A DNA stretch of 41,410 nt from an uncultured archaeon (GTDB taxonomy: Archaea; Asgardarchaeota; Thorarchaeia; Thorarchaeales; Thorarchaeaceae): the NCBI GenBank assembly GCA_964610875.1, contig CAZSWP010000033.1, positions 1 to 41,410 on the forward strand, read 5' to 3'. Numbering within the stretch: the stretch's first letter is position 1; each line of letters begins with the position of its first letter. The notes below the pieces were generated by a model that was not told the DNA's origin, did not search any database, and saw only the letters and a list, made by a program, of their open reading frames with translations. Positions 20,325 to 29,904 of this stretch are shown in pieces. The translations under genes were made by a program, and so were the position numbers.

Positions 20325-21758
20325 CTACACATTCAATAGTAAATCTTTGACATGGAACACTCCTACTATGTTTGTCCGCCTTGGTATATGACGAATTCCT
20401 GATGTAAATACAATATCTTTCTTTTCGTCAATCAGGCCCTTTGAATGGACAGTTCTTACTGCTTCACGGATGAGGTCATCCACACTCTCAAGATTCTGGT
20501 CATATTTTACTGGTTCAACTCCCCAGAGTAATCGTAATCTTCGCATAACAGTCGGGTCACTTGTGACTGCATAGATGTGCGTTGGAGGTCTGAATTTGGA
20601 CAACCACCTCGCAGTGAATCCACTCCTTGTGGCTGTAATTATCCCATCTATCTTATCGGGAAGCAATGATACTGCGTTGTAGACAAGATTGCCAATGACC
20701 TCGACAATCATCTTACTGTCAGAGGTAAGATTGATAGCCTCAACCGGTGTAATCTTCTTCTCTGCATGACGAATGATTCGTTCCATCATTGCAACTGCAC
20801 GCGGAGGATTCTCTCCCATCGCAGTTTCTGCACTGAGCATGACGGCATCTGCTCTGTCAAATATGGCATGTGCTACATCACTCACTTCTGCCCGTGTTGG
20901 CATACGTTCAGTGGTCATTGATTCAAGCATGTGAGTTGCAACAATTGCTGGTCTGGCCCAGATGTTTGCTTTCCTGACCAGCTCTCTCTGAAGGACTGGT
21001 ACCTGCTCTATTGGGAGTTCAATTCCAAGGTCCCCTCGTGCAATCATTACTCCGTGAGATTCAATGAGAATCTCGTCATAGTTCTTAACTGCGAGGACAT
21101 GCTCAATCTTACTAATGACATCTACATTGGTCAAGCCATTCTCTCTGAGAATCTCGTTTACATTCTGAACATCGCATGCATCCATCACAAATGAAAGAGC
21201 GATGAGGTCTGGTTCTAATTCTACTGCTAAATCCAAATCATCGAGGTCCTTCTCAGTGGGTAGATGACATGAGAGTCGGATGCCTGGAACATTCACTCCC
21301 TTGCGGCTGGATATTGGCCCGCCATCCAACACCTTCGTATAGACCTCACTCCCCTCTACTTTTGTTACTTCCAGACGAACAATCCCATCGTTGATAGCAA
21401 TGATATCTCCTGGCTTTACATCCTCGGTCAATTCCTTGTGGGATATTGAAACCCTAGTGGCGTCACCTACAAAGTCTTCCACTGAAATGACAAACTCATC
21501 CCCCTCTTTTAGTTCAACAGGTTCTTTCATCTCTCCGATACGAATCTTTGGTCCCTGCAGGTCGAAGAGAATGGCTACAGTGTCATCCACAGATCTGATT
21601 GTTTCCATGGTCCGACGTGCTGATGGATGGTCTTCATGAGAGAGGTTGATTCGTGCAACATCCATTCCCGCATCAACCATTTTTGCTAGGACCTCCTTAT
21701 CCTTTGAAGCGGGTCCAATTGTACACACAATCTTTGATTTTGTTCTCTCGTCCGACAC
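20325..21758 (-). CDS. pyk: Pyruvate kinase
   Basis: KIVCTIGPAS, ARINLSH, DLQGPKIR, KGVNVPG, MIARGDLGIE, PTRAEVSDV, DAVMLSAET. GTG at 21758 follows GAGGTG (ORF extends to 21782). Confidence 0.97.
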   Translation of the reverse strand: MSDERTKSKIVCTIGPASKDKEVLAKMVDAGMDVARINLSHEDHPSARRTMETIRSVDDTVAILFDLQGPKIRIGEMKEPVELKEGDEFVISVEDFVGDATRVSISHKELTEDVKPGDIIAINDGIVRLEVTKVEGSEVYTKVLDGGPISSRKGVNVPGIRLSCHLPTEKDLDDLDLAVELEPDLIALSFVMDACDVQNVNEILRENGLTNVDVISKIEHVLAVKNYDEILIESHGVMIARGDLGIELPIEQVPVLQRELVRKANIWARPAIVATHMLESMTTERMPTRAEVSDVAHAIFDRADAVMLSAETAMGENPPRAVAMMERIIRHAEKKITPVEAINLTSDSKMIVEVIGNLVYNAVSLLPDKIDGIITATRSGFTARWLSKFRPPTHIYAVTSDPTVMRRLRLLWGVEPVKYDQNLESVDDLIREAVRTVHSKGLIDEKKDIVFTSGIRHIPRRTNIVGVFHVKDLLLNV

Positions 21759-21939
21759 ACAAAGCACCTCTTTGTTATACAAGCTTCTCAGTACACAGAT
21801 TACACTATAGAACCAAATATGGCTTCCTCATATGATTCAATTCTGGCTAACTGCTTGTGTCCATAGAGATGAGCATATATCTGATGACATACCTCAATGA
21901 GAACCGTAGGTCATTCCGTTTCAATGGACCGTGAAGATT

Positions 21940-23238
21940 ATGGTAGAGATTTCGAAGGTAATAGCAATAGAGATTCTGGATTCTAGGGGCAACCCCACAG
22001 TCATGACGAAAGTAGTTCTAAGTGATGATACTGTTGGAGTAGCAAAGGTACCCAGTGGTGCATCCACAGGAGTGAGAGAAGCGGTCGAGCTCCGTGATGG
22101 TGGCGACCGTTATATGGGGAAAGGAGTACAGCAAGCAGTAAAGAATGTGAATGATGTTCTTTCAAAAGCTGTGATTGGTAAAGACCCTCTCTCACAGTCA
22201 GACACAGACCGTATCCTGCTTGATACTGATGGGAGTAAAGGGAAGAGTAGACTTGGGGCAAACGCCATTCTATCCATCTCAATGGCCACAGCAGTCGCTG
22301 CTGCAAATCATCTTGAACTGGGACTCTACGAGTATCTTCGGACTAAGGTAATTGGCAAAGATACTAAATATCTTCAACCAGTTCCTATGTCCAATGTCAT
22401 CAATGGGGGGGCTCATGCTGGGAATGCGCTAGCTATTCAGGAGTTCATGATTCTTCCAGTTGGTGCTACTAACATCCTAGAAGGTGTCCAATGCATCAGT
22501 GAGGTATATCATACTCTTGGCAAGCAGATGATCAAGCGATATGGTCGAATGGCAAAGCATGTTGGCGATGAGGGTGGATTCTGCGGTTACGGTCTCAAAT
22601 CAACACATGACGCATTCGAAGAGATGATGAATGCTATAGATGCTGCAGGTTATACGCCTAAGAAGGATGTAGTATTAGGAATTGATGCAGCTGCAAGCGG
22701 ATTCTTTGAGGATGGAAAATACAAAGTTGATGAGAAGACGCTCAATGCTGGAGAGCTTCTTGACTTCTATATTGATCTTGAAAAGACATTTCCAATTCAG
22801 ATAGTAGAGGATCCTTTCGATGAAGAGGCCTTTGCTGATTTTGCAGAATACACGAAGAAGACAAAGGTACAGGTAGTTACAGATGATCTGACTGTTAGTG
22901 ATCCTGAGACCGTCAAGAAATGCATTGAGATGGGTGCTGGAAATGCACTACTCTTGAAAGTGAATCAGATTGGAAGTGTGAGTGAAGCTATTGAAGCTGC
23001 TAGCGTTGCCAATGCCGCTGACTGGCCAGTTGTAGTAAGTCATCGCAGTGGTGAGACCGGTGATACTTTCATAGCGGACCTTGCAGTGGCACTATCAACA
23101 GGGCAGATTAAGACTGGTGGTCCTGCAAGAAGTGACCGTGTAGAGAAATACAATCGACTCATGGAGATCCATCACCTTCTTGATGGCAAGTGTGGTTATC
23201 CTGGAGCTGACTTCAGGACCGCTTGGAGGAAATTCTAG
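21940..23238 (+). CDS. eno: Enolase
   Basis: EILDSRGNPT, PSGASTG, NVINGGAHA, QEFM, GDEGG, LLKVNQIG, SHRSGET, RSDRVEKYN. ATG at 21940. Confidence 0.98.
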   Translation: MVEISKVIAIEILDSRGNPTVMTKVVLSDDTVGVAKVPSGASTGVREAVELRDGGDRYMGKGVQQAVKNVNDVLSKAVIGKDPLSQSDTDRILLDTDGSKGKSRLGANAILSISMATAVAAANHLELGLYEYLRTKVIGKDTKYLQPVPMSNVINGGAHAGNALAIQEFMILPVGATNILEGVQCISEVYHTLGKQMIKRYGRMAKHVGDEGGFCGYGLKSTHDAFEEMMNAIDAAGYTPKKDVVLGIDAAASGFFEDGKYKVDEKTLNAGELLDFYIDLEKTFPIQIVEDPFDEEAFADFAEYTKKTKVQVVTDDLTVSDPETVKKCIEMGAGNALLLKVNQIGSVSEAIEAASVANAADWPVVVSHRSGETGDTFIADLAVALSTGQIKTGGPARSDRVEKYNRLMEIHHLLDGKCGYPGADFRTAWRKF

Positions 23239-23240
23239 GT

Positions 23241-24497
23241 ATGACTGACAAACTAAAAGCAGTTCTGTTCATCATGGATGGTCTTGGAGACCGTTCTGTA
23301 CCTGAACTAGATGGGATGACTCCCTTGCAAGCAGCAAAGACGCCCACTTTCGATAGACTAGCAAAAGAGGGACAAAGCGCATTAATGGATGTTCTAGGAC
23401 CCGGATTAACCCCTGGTAGTGATGCTGCTCATCTTGCCCTCTTTGGATATGATGCGATGGACATCTATCCCGGTCGTGGACCTCTCGAAGCCCTTGGAGC
23501 AGGATTATCATCTCGTCCCGGTGATGTCGCTTTTAGGTCGAACTTTGCTACAGTTGATGATGATCTCATCGTTCAAGACAGACGTGCTGGAAGGGACTTC
23601 ACTGATGCAGAGCACCGCGCACTTGAAAGTGCTCTTGAAGGAATCGAGATAGAAGGTGTAAAAGTGCACTTCACAGCAACAGTAGAACACCGTGGTGCCA
23701 TAGTTCTTGAGGGAAAAGATCTATCTGGAGAAATTACTGATGTGGATCCCCACGAGACCGGTGTAAGGATTCTAGAATCAAAACCTGTTCCTGATGCTAA
23801 CAACAAGGTAGCTGCAGCTAGGACTGCTCACATTGTCAACGAGCTGTTGAAAACTGCATACAAACGCATGAAAGGCCTGATAATCAACAAGGAACGAAGA
23901 GAACGTGGTCTGCCCCCTGCAAACATTCTCCTTCTCAGAGGCCCCGGACAACATCAAGAGATACCCACTCTTGATTCGATATATGGCATAAAGTCTGCTG
24001 TTATTGCTGGTGGGGCCTTGTATATTGGAACTGCTAGGTATGTTGGGATGGAGCATATCAAAGTGGAAGGACAGACTGGCCGGATTGATACTAATTTCTC
24101 AAATATAGCTGACAAAGTAATTGAGTGTATCCAATCCGATTATGATTTTGTCTTCATTCACATCAAAGCGACTGACAATGCAAGTCATGATGGCGATGCA
24201 CAGCAGAAGATAGAGGCAATAGAAAAGAGTGATGAGATGATTAGAAAAATAGTCGATGCTGTTGGTGACAAGATCGTATTGGCAATAACCGGTGACCACA
24301 CTACTCCTGTAGATATTGGTGAACATACTTGTGATCCAGTACCGATTGTCCTCTGGTCAAAAGTACTTCGTCCTGATGATGTAGAATGTTTCTCTGAGTT
24401 TGAGGCTTACAAAGGTGCTTTGAATAAGATATCTGGACATGATGTAATGTTTCTGTTACTTGGATATGCTGGCTGGGTTGAGAAGGTTGGAGCTTAG
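23241..24497 (+). CDS. apgM: 2,3-bisphosphoglycerate-independent phosphoglycerate mutase, archaeal type
   Basis: DGLGDR, TPL..A.TP, PGSDAAHL, GRGPLEA, DRRAGR, DNASHDG, TGDHTTP. ATG at 23241, 2 nt after the eno stop, with GGAGG upstream. Confidence 0.96.
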   Translation: MTDKLKAVLFIMDGLGDRSVPELDGMTPLQAAKTPTFDRLAKEGQSALMDVLGPGLTPGSDAAHLALFGYDAMDIYPGRGPLEALGAGLSSRPGDVAFRSNFATVDDDLIVQDRRAGRDFTDAEHRALESALEGIEIEGVKVHFTATVEHRGAIVLEGKDLSGEITDVDPHETGVRILESKPVPDANNKVAAARTAHIVNELLKTAYKRMKGLIINKERRERGLPPANILLLRGPGQHQEIPTLDSIYGIKSAVIAGGALYIGTARYVGMEHIKVEGQTGRIDTNFSNIADKVIECIQSDYDFVFIHIKATDNASHDGDAQQKIEAIEKSDEMIRKIVDAVGDKIVLAITGDHTTPVDIGEHTCDPVPIVLWSKVLRPDDVECFSEFEAYKGALNKISGHDVMFLLLGYAGWVEKVGA

Positions 24498-24561
24498 AAA
24501 TACTCGGCTTCCTTTTCCATACATGAAGATGAAACATTCTAAAGATGATGCATCACACAGA

Positions 24562-25509
24562 TTATCTATTGTGATAGATTGGGTTCTTTGAACTGCCAAT
24601 GATATTATTCCGAACATAATCTTGAATTGCCATTATTGTGTCATCAATCGAATACAGTGTTTCAAATCCTGTTCTCTTCAATTTTGAAAACGATACCTTG
24701 TATGACCTATCTATTTTCATTGGGATATGATTAATCGCTAAATTGGGAATCTTCTGTGTAACACTATGAGCAAGTTTTTCAATTTGATAATTTCCTTCAT
24801 TTGCTCCGATATTGAATATTTGGGGTACACGTGATTCCTCTTCTATCAGATGAAGTATTGCTCTAGCAGCATCCCTTACATCAAAGACTGGACGCCATTG
24901 GTCGCCTCCCTCAACAATAATCTCTCCTCTCTCTAACGCGTCGACAGTCATTTTATTCAGAACAAGATCGAACCGCATCCTGAGTGATGGCCCAGATAAT
25001 GTAGCCAGTCTAAGCACTACTCTTGTAATGCTGGAATCAAAATTCAGAATGTCTTCTTCTGCTAATATCTTTGAACGTGCATAGTGTGTTTTGGGAGAAG
25101 TCAAACTAGTTTCATCTAGTATTTCATCTTCGGAGTTCTCATAGACACTACAAGTTGAAGCATAGAATGCCTTTTCTATTCCCATCTCATCAGCAATTCC
25201 TAATAGCTTTAGACTAGCATCATAATTCACTCTCATGCAGAATTCGGGATTCTCATTGCATGCCACATTACCCACTATTGCTGCAAGATCAACTAATACA
25301 TCACAGTTTCTTAGTGCTTTTTTGCAGTCCTCATCTATTACTTTATTCCCCAAAATGAACTGGAAATTCGCATCATTCTCATACTGCTTCAGGCTGTTCA
25401 CACCATGCATTATGTTATCAAGAACACGTACTTTGTAGCCCACATCGAGGAGAGTACCAACTAAAACAGAGCCTAAATATCCCGCTCCACCTGTTACCAG
25501 AACTTTCAT
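24562..25509 (-). CDS. Extended SDR NAD-dependent nucleotide-sugar epimerase/dehydratase
   Basis: TGGAGYLGS, LAAIVG, ASTCSVY, YARSK, RMRFDLVLN, GGDQWRP. Confidence 0.9.
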   Translation of the reverse strand: MKVLVTGGAGYLGSVLVGTLLDVGYKVRVLDNIMHGVNSLKQYENDANFQFILGNKVIDEDCKKALRNCDVLVDLAAIVGNVACNENPEFCMRVNYDASLKLLGIADEMGIEKAFYASTCSVYENSEDEILDETSLTSPKTHYARSKILAEEDILNFDSSITRVVLRLATLSGPSLRMRFDLVLNKMTVDALERGEIIVEGGDQWRPVFDVRDAARAILHLIEEESRVPQIFNIGANEGNYQIEKLAHSVTQKIPNLAINHIPMKIDRSYKVSFSKLKRTGFETLYSIDDTIMAIQDYVRNNIIGSSKNPIYHNR

Positions 25510-25555
25510 CTATTTAGTTCTCCTCAACAAAAGGGACTTATCTTATTCAAGTTAC

Positions 25556-26899
25556 CTACCTGCGGATTCCCGCTTTCCCAATACATCTGTAAGTAAATCC
25601 TGCTTTCTCAACCGTTTTCTGGTCGAACACATTTCTTCCGTCGACAATTACTTTTGAACGCATTAGGGACATCAATTTATCAAGATCTATGTTGAGGTAC
25701 TCAGCATGCTTTGTTACTAGTGCGATACAATCTGAATCTCTAACAGCTTCTTCAAAATCCTTGATAATGCCATTTGGACCAAATTCCCATTCTCGAACAA
25801 ATGAATCATGTATTCTCACATCAGCACCTTTGGCTACTAACGATCCTACCAGTTTGGCAGCAGGTGCATTTCTTGTGTCATCTGAATCTTCAAGATATGC
25901 CGCTCCAAGTACAGTGACCGTCGATTCGGCAAGTGACATCCCTATATCTGCTAGTGCATTTTCAACTAGTAGGGACATATGAATTGGCATCTGATCATTA
26001 ATTCTTCTTGACAAGCTAATTATTTCTGGTTCTAATTTCCAACTGCCATAAGCATACAGTCCATGCCTCAGAAGCCATGGGTCTTTGGGAAGACAATGAC
26101 CTCCTACGCCGGCTCCTGGAATATGCATATTTCTACTAGGCAATTCATTCACAAGGTCTCTTACTTCATAAACATTAACGCCAAGACTCTCACAGACCAA
26201 TGCCATCTCATTAGCAAAAGCAATATTGACATCACGGTATGCGTTCTCTATGGTCTTGGAGATTTCAGCTGTAAGTACATCAGTAACTCGAATATTTGCT
26301 TTTACGATATGCGAATAAAGATTCTTTGCCCGTTCTGCACTCTTAGGTGTGACACCACCTATTACTCTTGGTACATTTACGATATTATTCAGCAGTTTGC
26401 CTGGCATAACTCGTTCATATGAAAAAACAAGGTCGAAATCCTCACCAGCTTTAAATCCTGATTCCCTTTCAACGATTTTCTGTACAACATTCTCTGTTGT
26501 TCCTGGGGCAACTGTGGATTCAACTACAACCATTGCCCCTTTTTTAATGAATTTTCCAATATTAGCACTGACCTCACGAAGTGATAGATATTGTGGCATG
26601 TGTTGTTCGTCTGTAGGTGTTTGGACATCAATGAGAATAACATCTGCTTCTTTGAGAGTTTCTATATTGTCTGTTACTCTAAAAGTTCCTTTTTTCACAA
26701 CCTTTGCTATCAGTTCATCCAGTCCTGGTTCATTACCCTCAAAGGGTGATTCACCTTCATTTAAAACCTCAATCTTCCAACCAGAACGTTTTGACCTCCT
26801 CTGGAGTCCTGTTACATCAAAACCTTCGACATCGGCTAACAGGGCAGCGCAAGGGATTCCGACATATCCCATGCCAATTACAACAATCTTCGTGGTCAA
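25556..26899 (-). CDS. UDP-sugar 6-dehydrogenase (WecC/WbpA-like), copy 2
   Basis: Same motifs as copy 1, including GGHCLPKDP. A TTG start at 26899 gives 1344 nt, identical in length to copy 1. Confidence 0.93.
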   Translation of the reverse strand: MTTKIVVIGMGYVGIPCAALLADVEGFDVTGLQRRSKRSGWKIEVLNEGESPFEGNEPGLDELIAKVVKKGTFRVTDNIETLKEADVILIDVQTPTDEQHMPQYLSLREVSANIGKFIKKGAMVVVESTVAPGTTENVVQKIVERESGFKAGEDFDLVFSYERVMPGKLLNNIVNVPRVIGGVTPKSAERAKNLYSHIVKANIRVTDVLTAEISKTIENAYRDVNIAFANEMALVCESLGVNVYEVRDLVNELPSRNMHIPGAGVGGHCLPKDPWLLRHGLYAYGSWKLEPEIISLSRRINDQMPIHMSLLVENALADIGMSLAESTVTVLGAAYLEDSDDTRNAPAAKLVGSLVAKGADVRIHDSFVREWEFGPNGIIKDFEEAVRDSDCIALVTKHAEYLNIDLDKLMSLMRSKVIVDGRNVFDQKTVEKAGFTYRCIGKAGIRR

Positions 26900-26978
26900 A
26901 GTATAACCCCATTCAATGCATATTACTGTCTGCACCGCAATTACACGTTTTAAAAAGATTGCTTAAGTATTTTCAATA

Positions 26979-27800
26979 TCACTTAACATCTACAACTCTA
27001 TCTAGACGCTCTGTCGACTCCTTCCGGAAATCATCTCTATCAATAGTGAGCTCAATTGCACCTTCGGGACAGACTGCAATACACCGACCACATCCTCGAC
27101 ACGCATCACTGATTCTGGCTTTTCCGCCAACAAGCTTGATCGCATCAACAAAGCAAATGCCTTCTGTGCAAGTTCCACACCCAACACAATCGTCAGTGAC
27201 TCTTACTTCAACACCCGCCATCTTGGTCACTTTTCTACCAATCTCTGGGTTGATGTCAGGCAGAACTCGCCAGAGGCAGCAGCAGGGACAACAGTTACAG
27301 ATGGTCAGCAGTCTCTCTCCCGGTCTTACATTGAGCCATGCAGAGTCCAGTTTGTTTCTTCCAATCAGGTGTACCAGCCCTGCCTCTCTACATTTTCTGA
27401 CATATTCATGGGCTTCTTCCTTGGAGACCAGTCTACCAAGGTTTGGGTTGATTCCCAGTACTGCCTCTCCTAGAAACAAGCATCCATAGTCCTTAGGATA
27501 GTCCTTACAGTCAGAAGAGTCTCGGCAGATACAGAAGTTCATTATCCAGTGATAATTTGCCTTTTCAATAAAATCATGGACTATCTGTGATGGTAGGGCA
27601 GTCTCAACGGGTCTGTCAAGTTTCTGACCGATGTTGATTGTGATAGAATCGTCCTTTGGAAGGTAGATGATGTCATCTCCTTCAAAGAGCATCTTGTCGA
27701 TGATTCTACCGATGATTGGGGCATTTGTCAGTTTTGCAATCAGACCCACGTTTGGAAAGGTCTGCTTGATCATCTGAACAAGCCAGAGAGGAGCGCCCAT
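26979..27800 (-). CDS. Cys-rich iron-sulfur protein with C-terminal 2x[4Fe-4S] ferredoxin domain
   Basis: CICRDSSDC, GC, ICNCCPCCC, then CVGCGTCTEGIC and CRGCGRCIAVCP. Confidence 0.88.
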   Translation of the reverse strand: MGAPLWLVQMIKQTFPNVGLIAKLTNAPIIGRIIDKMLFEGDDIIYLPKDDSITINIGQKLDRPVETALPSQIVHDFIEKANYHWIMNFCICRDSSDCKDYPKDYGCLFLGEAVLGINPNLGRLVSKEEAHEYVRKCREAGLVHLIGRNKLDSAWLNVRPGERLLTICNCCPCCCLWRVLPDINPEIGRKVTKMAGVEVRVTDDCVGCGTCTEGICFVDAIKLVGGKARISDACRGCGRCIAVCPEGAIELTIDRDDFRKESTERLDRVVDVK

Positions 27801-27943
27801 GATAGGCTTGCAGTAATTCCCGCCCTCTTATTGTTATCGAAACATGAAAATCCCAATTTCAGCAATCTAGTATCATGGTCTAGTGAGATGTCCAAAAGAA
27901 CTATCGATTGATGTGCAAAATGTTAGAATACAATGTCCAAACA

Positions 27944-28933
27944 TCAATAATCGGAGTTGATCAACGAGGGGATGACCTGCGGGAATGAGAGGAACACCCT
28001 GATGAATTTGTGTCCGATTTTATACGCAAGAGACTCATTATTGGGCAATATCCTATTTGCGAGACTTCCTCCTTTGAAGAAGTATCTCTGACCGGGGATG
28101 AGTCGTCCCTCGAGAATTGGTGCTGCGAATATCTCGGTCAAACGAAGAATTAGTGCACGAACTACTCCCTGTTTAATATTCCTTGCAAGCCGTCTAGCTC
28201 TAAGAAGCAAGGACATTATTCGTTTCGCTCGCAGTGTACTGTAGCCTGCCTCTAAGATACGTTTGAGGAAGTTCTTATCATCGGGTTCTAGATCCACGCC
28301 AAGTAGATCCATCTCTTCTTGAGTAACATTGACATATCCTGCTTGATAGTCATTTTTGATATCAAGCAAGTCATCGAGAATGCCGAGTCCCATGCCAAGC
28401 GTGTATGAGAGCTCATCTATGCAACCACCCAGATCAAAATCTGAAAGAAGAAAATACAACTTGAAGAAGGATCGGGCTTTCTTGTAGAGCAGTTGGTCCA
28501 TATCTTTCTGAGACATCACAACTCCTTTTCTGGCCACATCCTCCCATGCACTCTCATATAGGTCCTTTATGACACCAATGGCTTTTCCGCCATAGTACTT
28601 TCTCTCATTGTGAAAGAATTGCATAAGCCATCTGTGTCGATATGGTGCATTAGTATCAAGAGCATAGTCTCCTGCAAACCCGTGTTCTACAACCTCTCGC
28701 TCTGTCTGCATCAATGTCTTTGCTTCTTCTTTACTAAGACCTGGTGCATCAAGCATGTCATCAAAGAGTCGTATATAGCCCCATGATAAGGACCAGGTCT
28801 CTGAGCCTAGGGATTCAGGTACCAATTGTGAGGCATATGTCAGAAAATCGCGGTCTCTCAGGTAAGCTCTGGCAGAATTCACACTTGTAATGTAGCGAGA
28901 AGATTCACGAGCTGAGGGTACAAAAGCACACAT
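27944..28933 (-). CDS. Class I isoprenoid synthase-fold protein (squalene/phytoene synthase-like)
   Basis: WGYIRLFDDMLD (first Asp-rich motif) and GILDDLLDIKNDYQAGYVNVTQEEM (second motif); helical composition. Confidence 0.68.
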   Translation of the reverse strand: MCAFVPSARESSRYITSVNSARAYLRDRDFLTYASQLVPESLGSETWSLSWGYIRLFDDMLDAPGLSKEEAKTLMQTEREVVEHGFAGDYALDTNAPYRHRWLMQFFHNERKYYGGKAIGVIKDLYESAWEDVARKGVVMSQKDMDQLLYKKARSFFKLYFLLSDFDLGGCIDELSYTLGMGLGILDDLLDIKNDYQAGYVNVTQEEMDLLGVDLEPDDKNFLKRILEAGYSTLRAKRIMSLLLRARRLARNIKQGVVRALILRLTEIFAAPILEGRLIPGQRYFFKGGSLANRILPNNESLAYKIGHKFIRVFLSFPQVIPSLINSDY

Positions 28934-29100
28934 GATATATTTACAGTATGCAGGGGATGTTTTATTCTTTTTGAAAATATTATAGAAGGAAGGTAGTTAC
29001 ATCAACTTGTGGAAAGGTCTAGACATCAGGAATAATATGATATTACAAAGCTAATTAGGAGTGGTGTACTACCCAAAACAGGATGCAGTGAGGTCTATAG

Positions 29101-29904
29101 ATGAAGTGTTTTGCCCTACATAGTTACAAAGGTGGTACCGGGAAAACCACTCTGGGTGCCAATATCGCAGCTCTCCTAGCTCAAAAAGGTAAGAACGTCG
29201 CAATGTTGGACCTTGATTTTCAAGCGCCCAGTTTACATACTCTGTTCGGTGTGTCTCCCAAGACCAAGTATATCAACGATTTTCTTGCAGGTGAAGCCTC
29301 TCATAAGGACATTCTCCAAGAGCTCTCTACTACATTCGAACTAAAAGGGAAATTGTCTGTTGCGTTCTCGAATCCTAATGTTGAAGCAATTCGTTCTCAA
29401 CTAGGTAAAGACAGAAAATGGCACATGACAGCGCTCTCTCAGTTGTTAAATCTAAAGAAGACCCTAGAATCCGAAGGCTACCACTATCTAATAATTGATT
29501 CAGCTCCAGGAGTTCATTATTCTAGTGTAAACGCTATTGTTCTCTCCGATTTCACTGTAATTATAGTAAAAATGGACAACTTCGATTTTGATGGCACTTT
29601 GAACATGTTAGCGGGTCTCTATGACCAATTAGACAAACAGACTGTCATCCTCTTCAATAAAGTAGTACCTACAATGTTTGAGGAGCCCCACGAATCACAG
29701 ATGCGTGAGCTTGCTGAAGAGACCTTCGCGGAAAAATCACAGATCCTTGATTTCATAACTTGTTATTGCATGATTCCAATGGGTATGGGTAGCGAGATTC
29801 ATGCCCTGACGCAACCCAATATACCTTTTGTCAAGACTCTGAAAAAGGTGGTGACACAGCTAGCCAAAGTGAAGGTGCCTCCTAGTAAAGGTGGAAAGAA
29901 ATGA
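29101..29904 (+). CDS. MinD/ParA-family (SIMIBI) ATPase
   Basis: Deviant Walker A KGGTGKTT, switch I DLDFQAPSL, Walker B IIDSAPG, FNKV. Confidence 0.92.
   Translation: MKCFALHSYKGGTGKTTLGANIAALLAQKGKNVAMLDLDFQAPSLHTLFGVSPKTKYINDFLAGEASHKDILQELSTTFELKGKLSVAFSNPNVEAIRSQLGKDRKWHMTALSQLLNLKKTLESEGYHYLIIDSAPGVHYSSVNAIVLSDFTVIIVKMDNFDFDGTLNMLAGLYDQLDKQTVILFNKVVPTMFEEPHESQMRELAEETFAEKSQILDFITCYCMIPMGMGSEIHALTQPNIPFVKTLKKVVTQLAKVKVPPSKGGKK

Noticed and set aside
21865-21905. GATGA...CTGATGA...TGA pattern resembling a C/D-box sRNA in the pyk-eno intergenic region
   Set aside because: The boxes are degenerate, the putative guides are only about 7-8 nt, and there is no terminal CTGA. It more likely overlaps promoter sequence.
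24562-25509. Possible Gmd completing the colitose pathway
   Set aside because: Lacks the Gmd signatures (GITGQDG, LAAQSHV, FNHES); belongs to another extended-SDR subfamily.
26704-27489. 261-aa plus-strand ORF
   Set aside because: Antisense shadow of the Fe-S protein and dehydrogenase; Ser/Pro/Gln-rich with no motifs.
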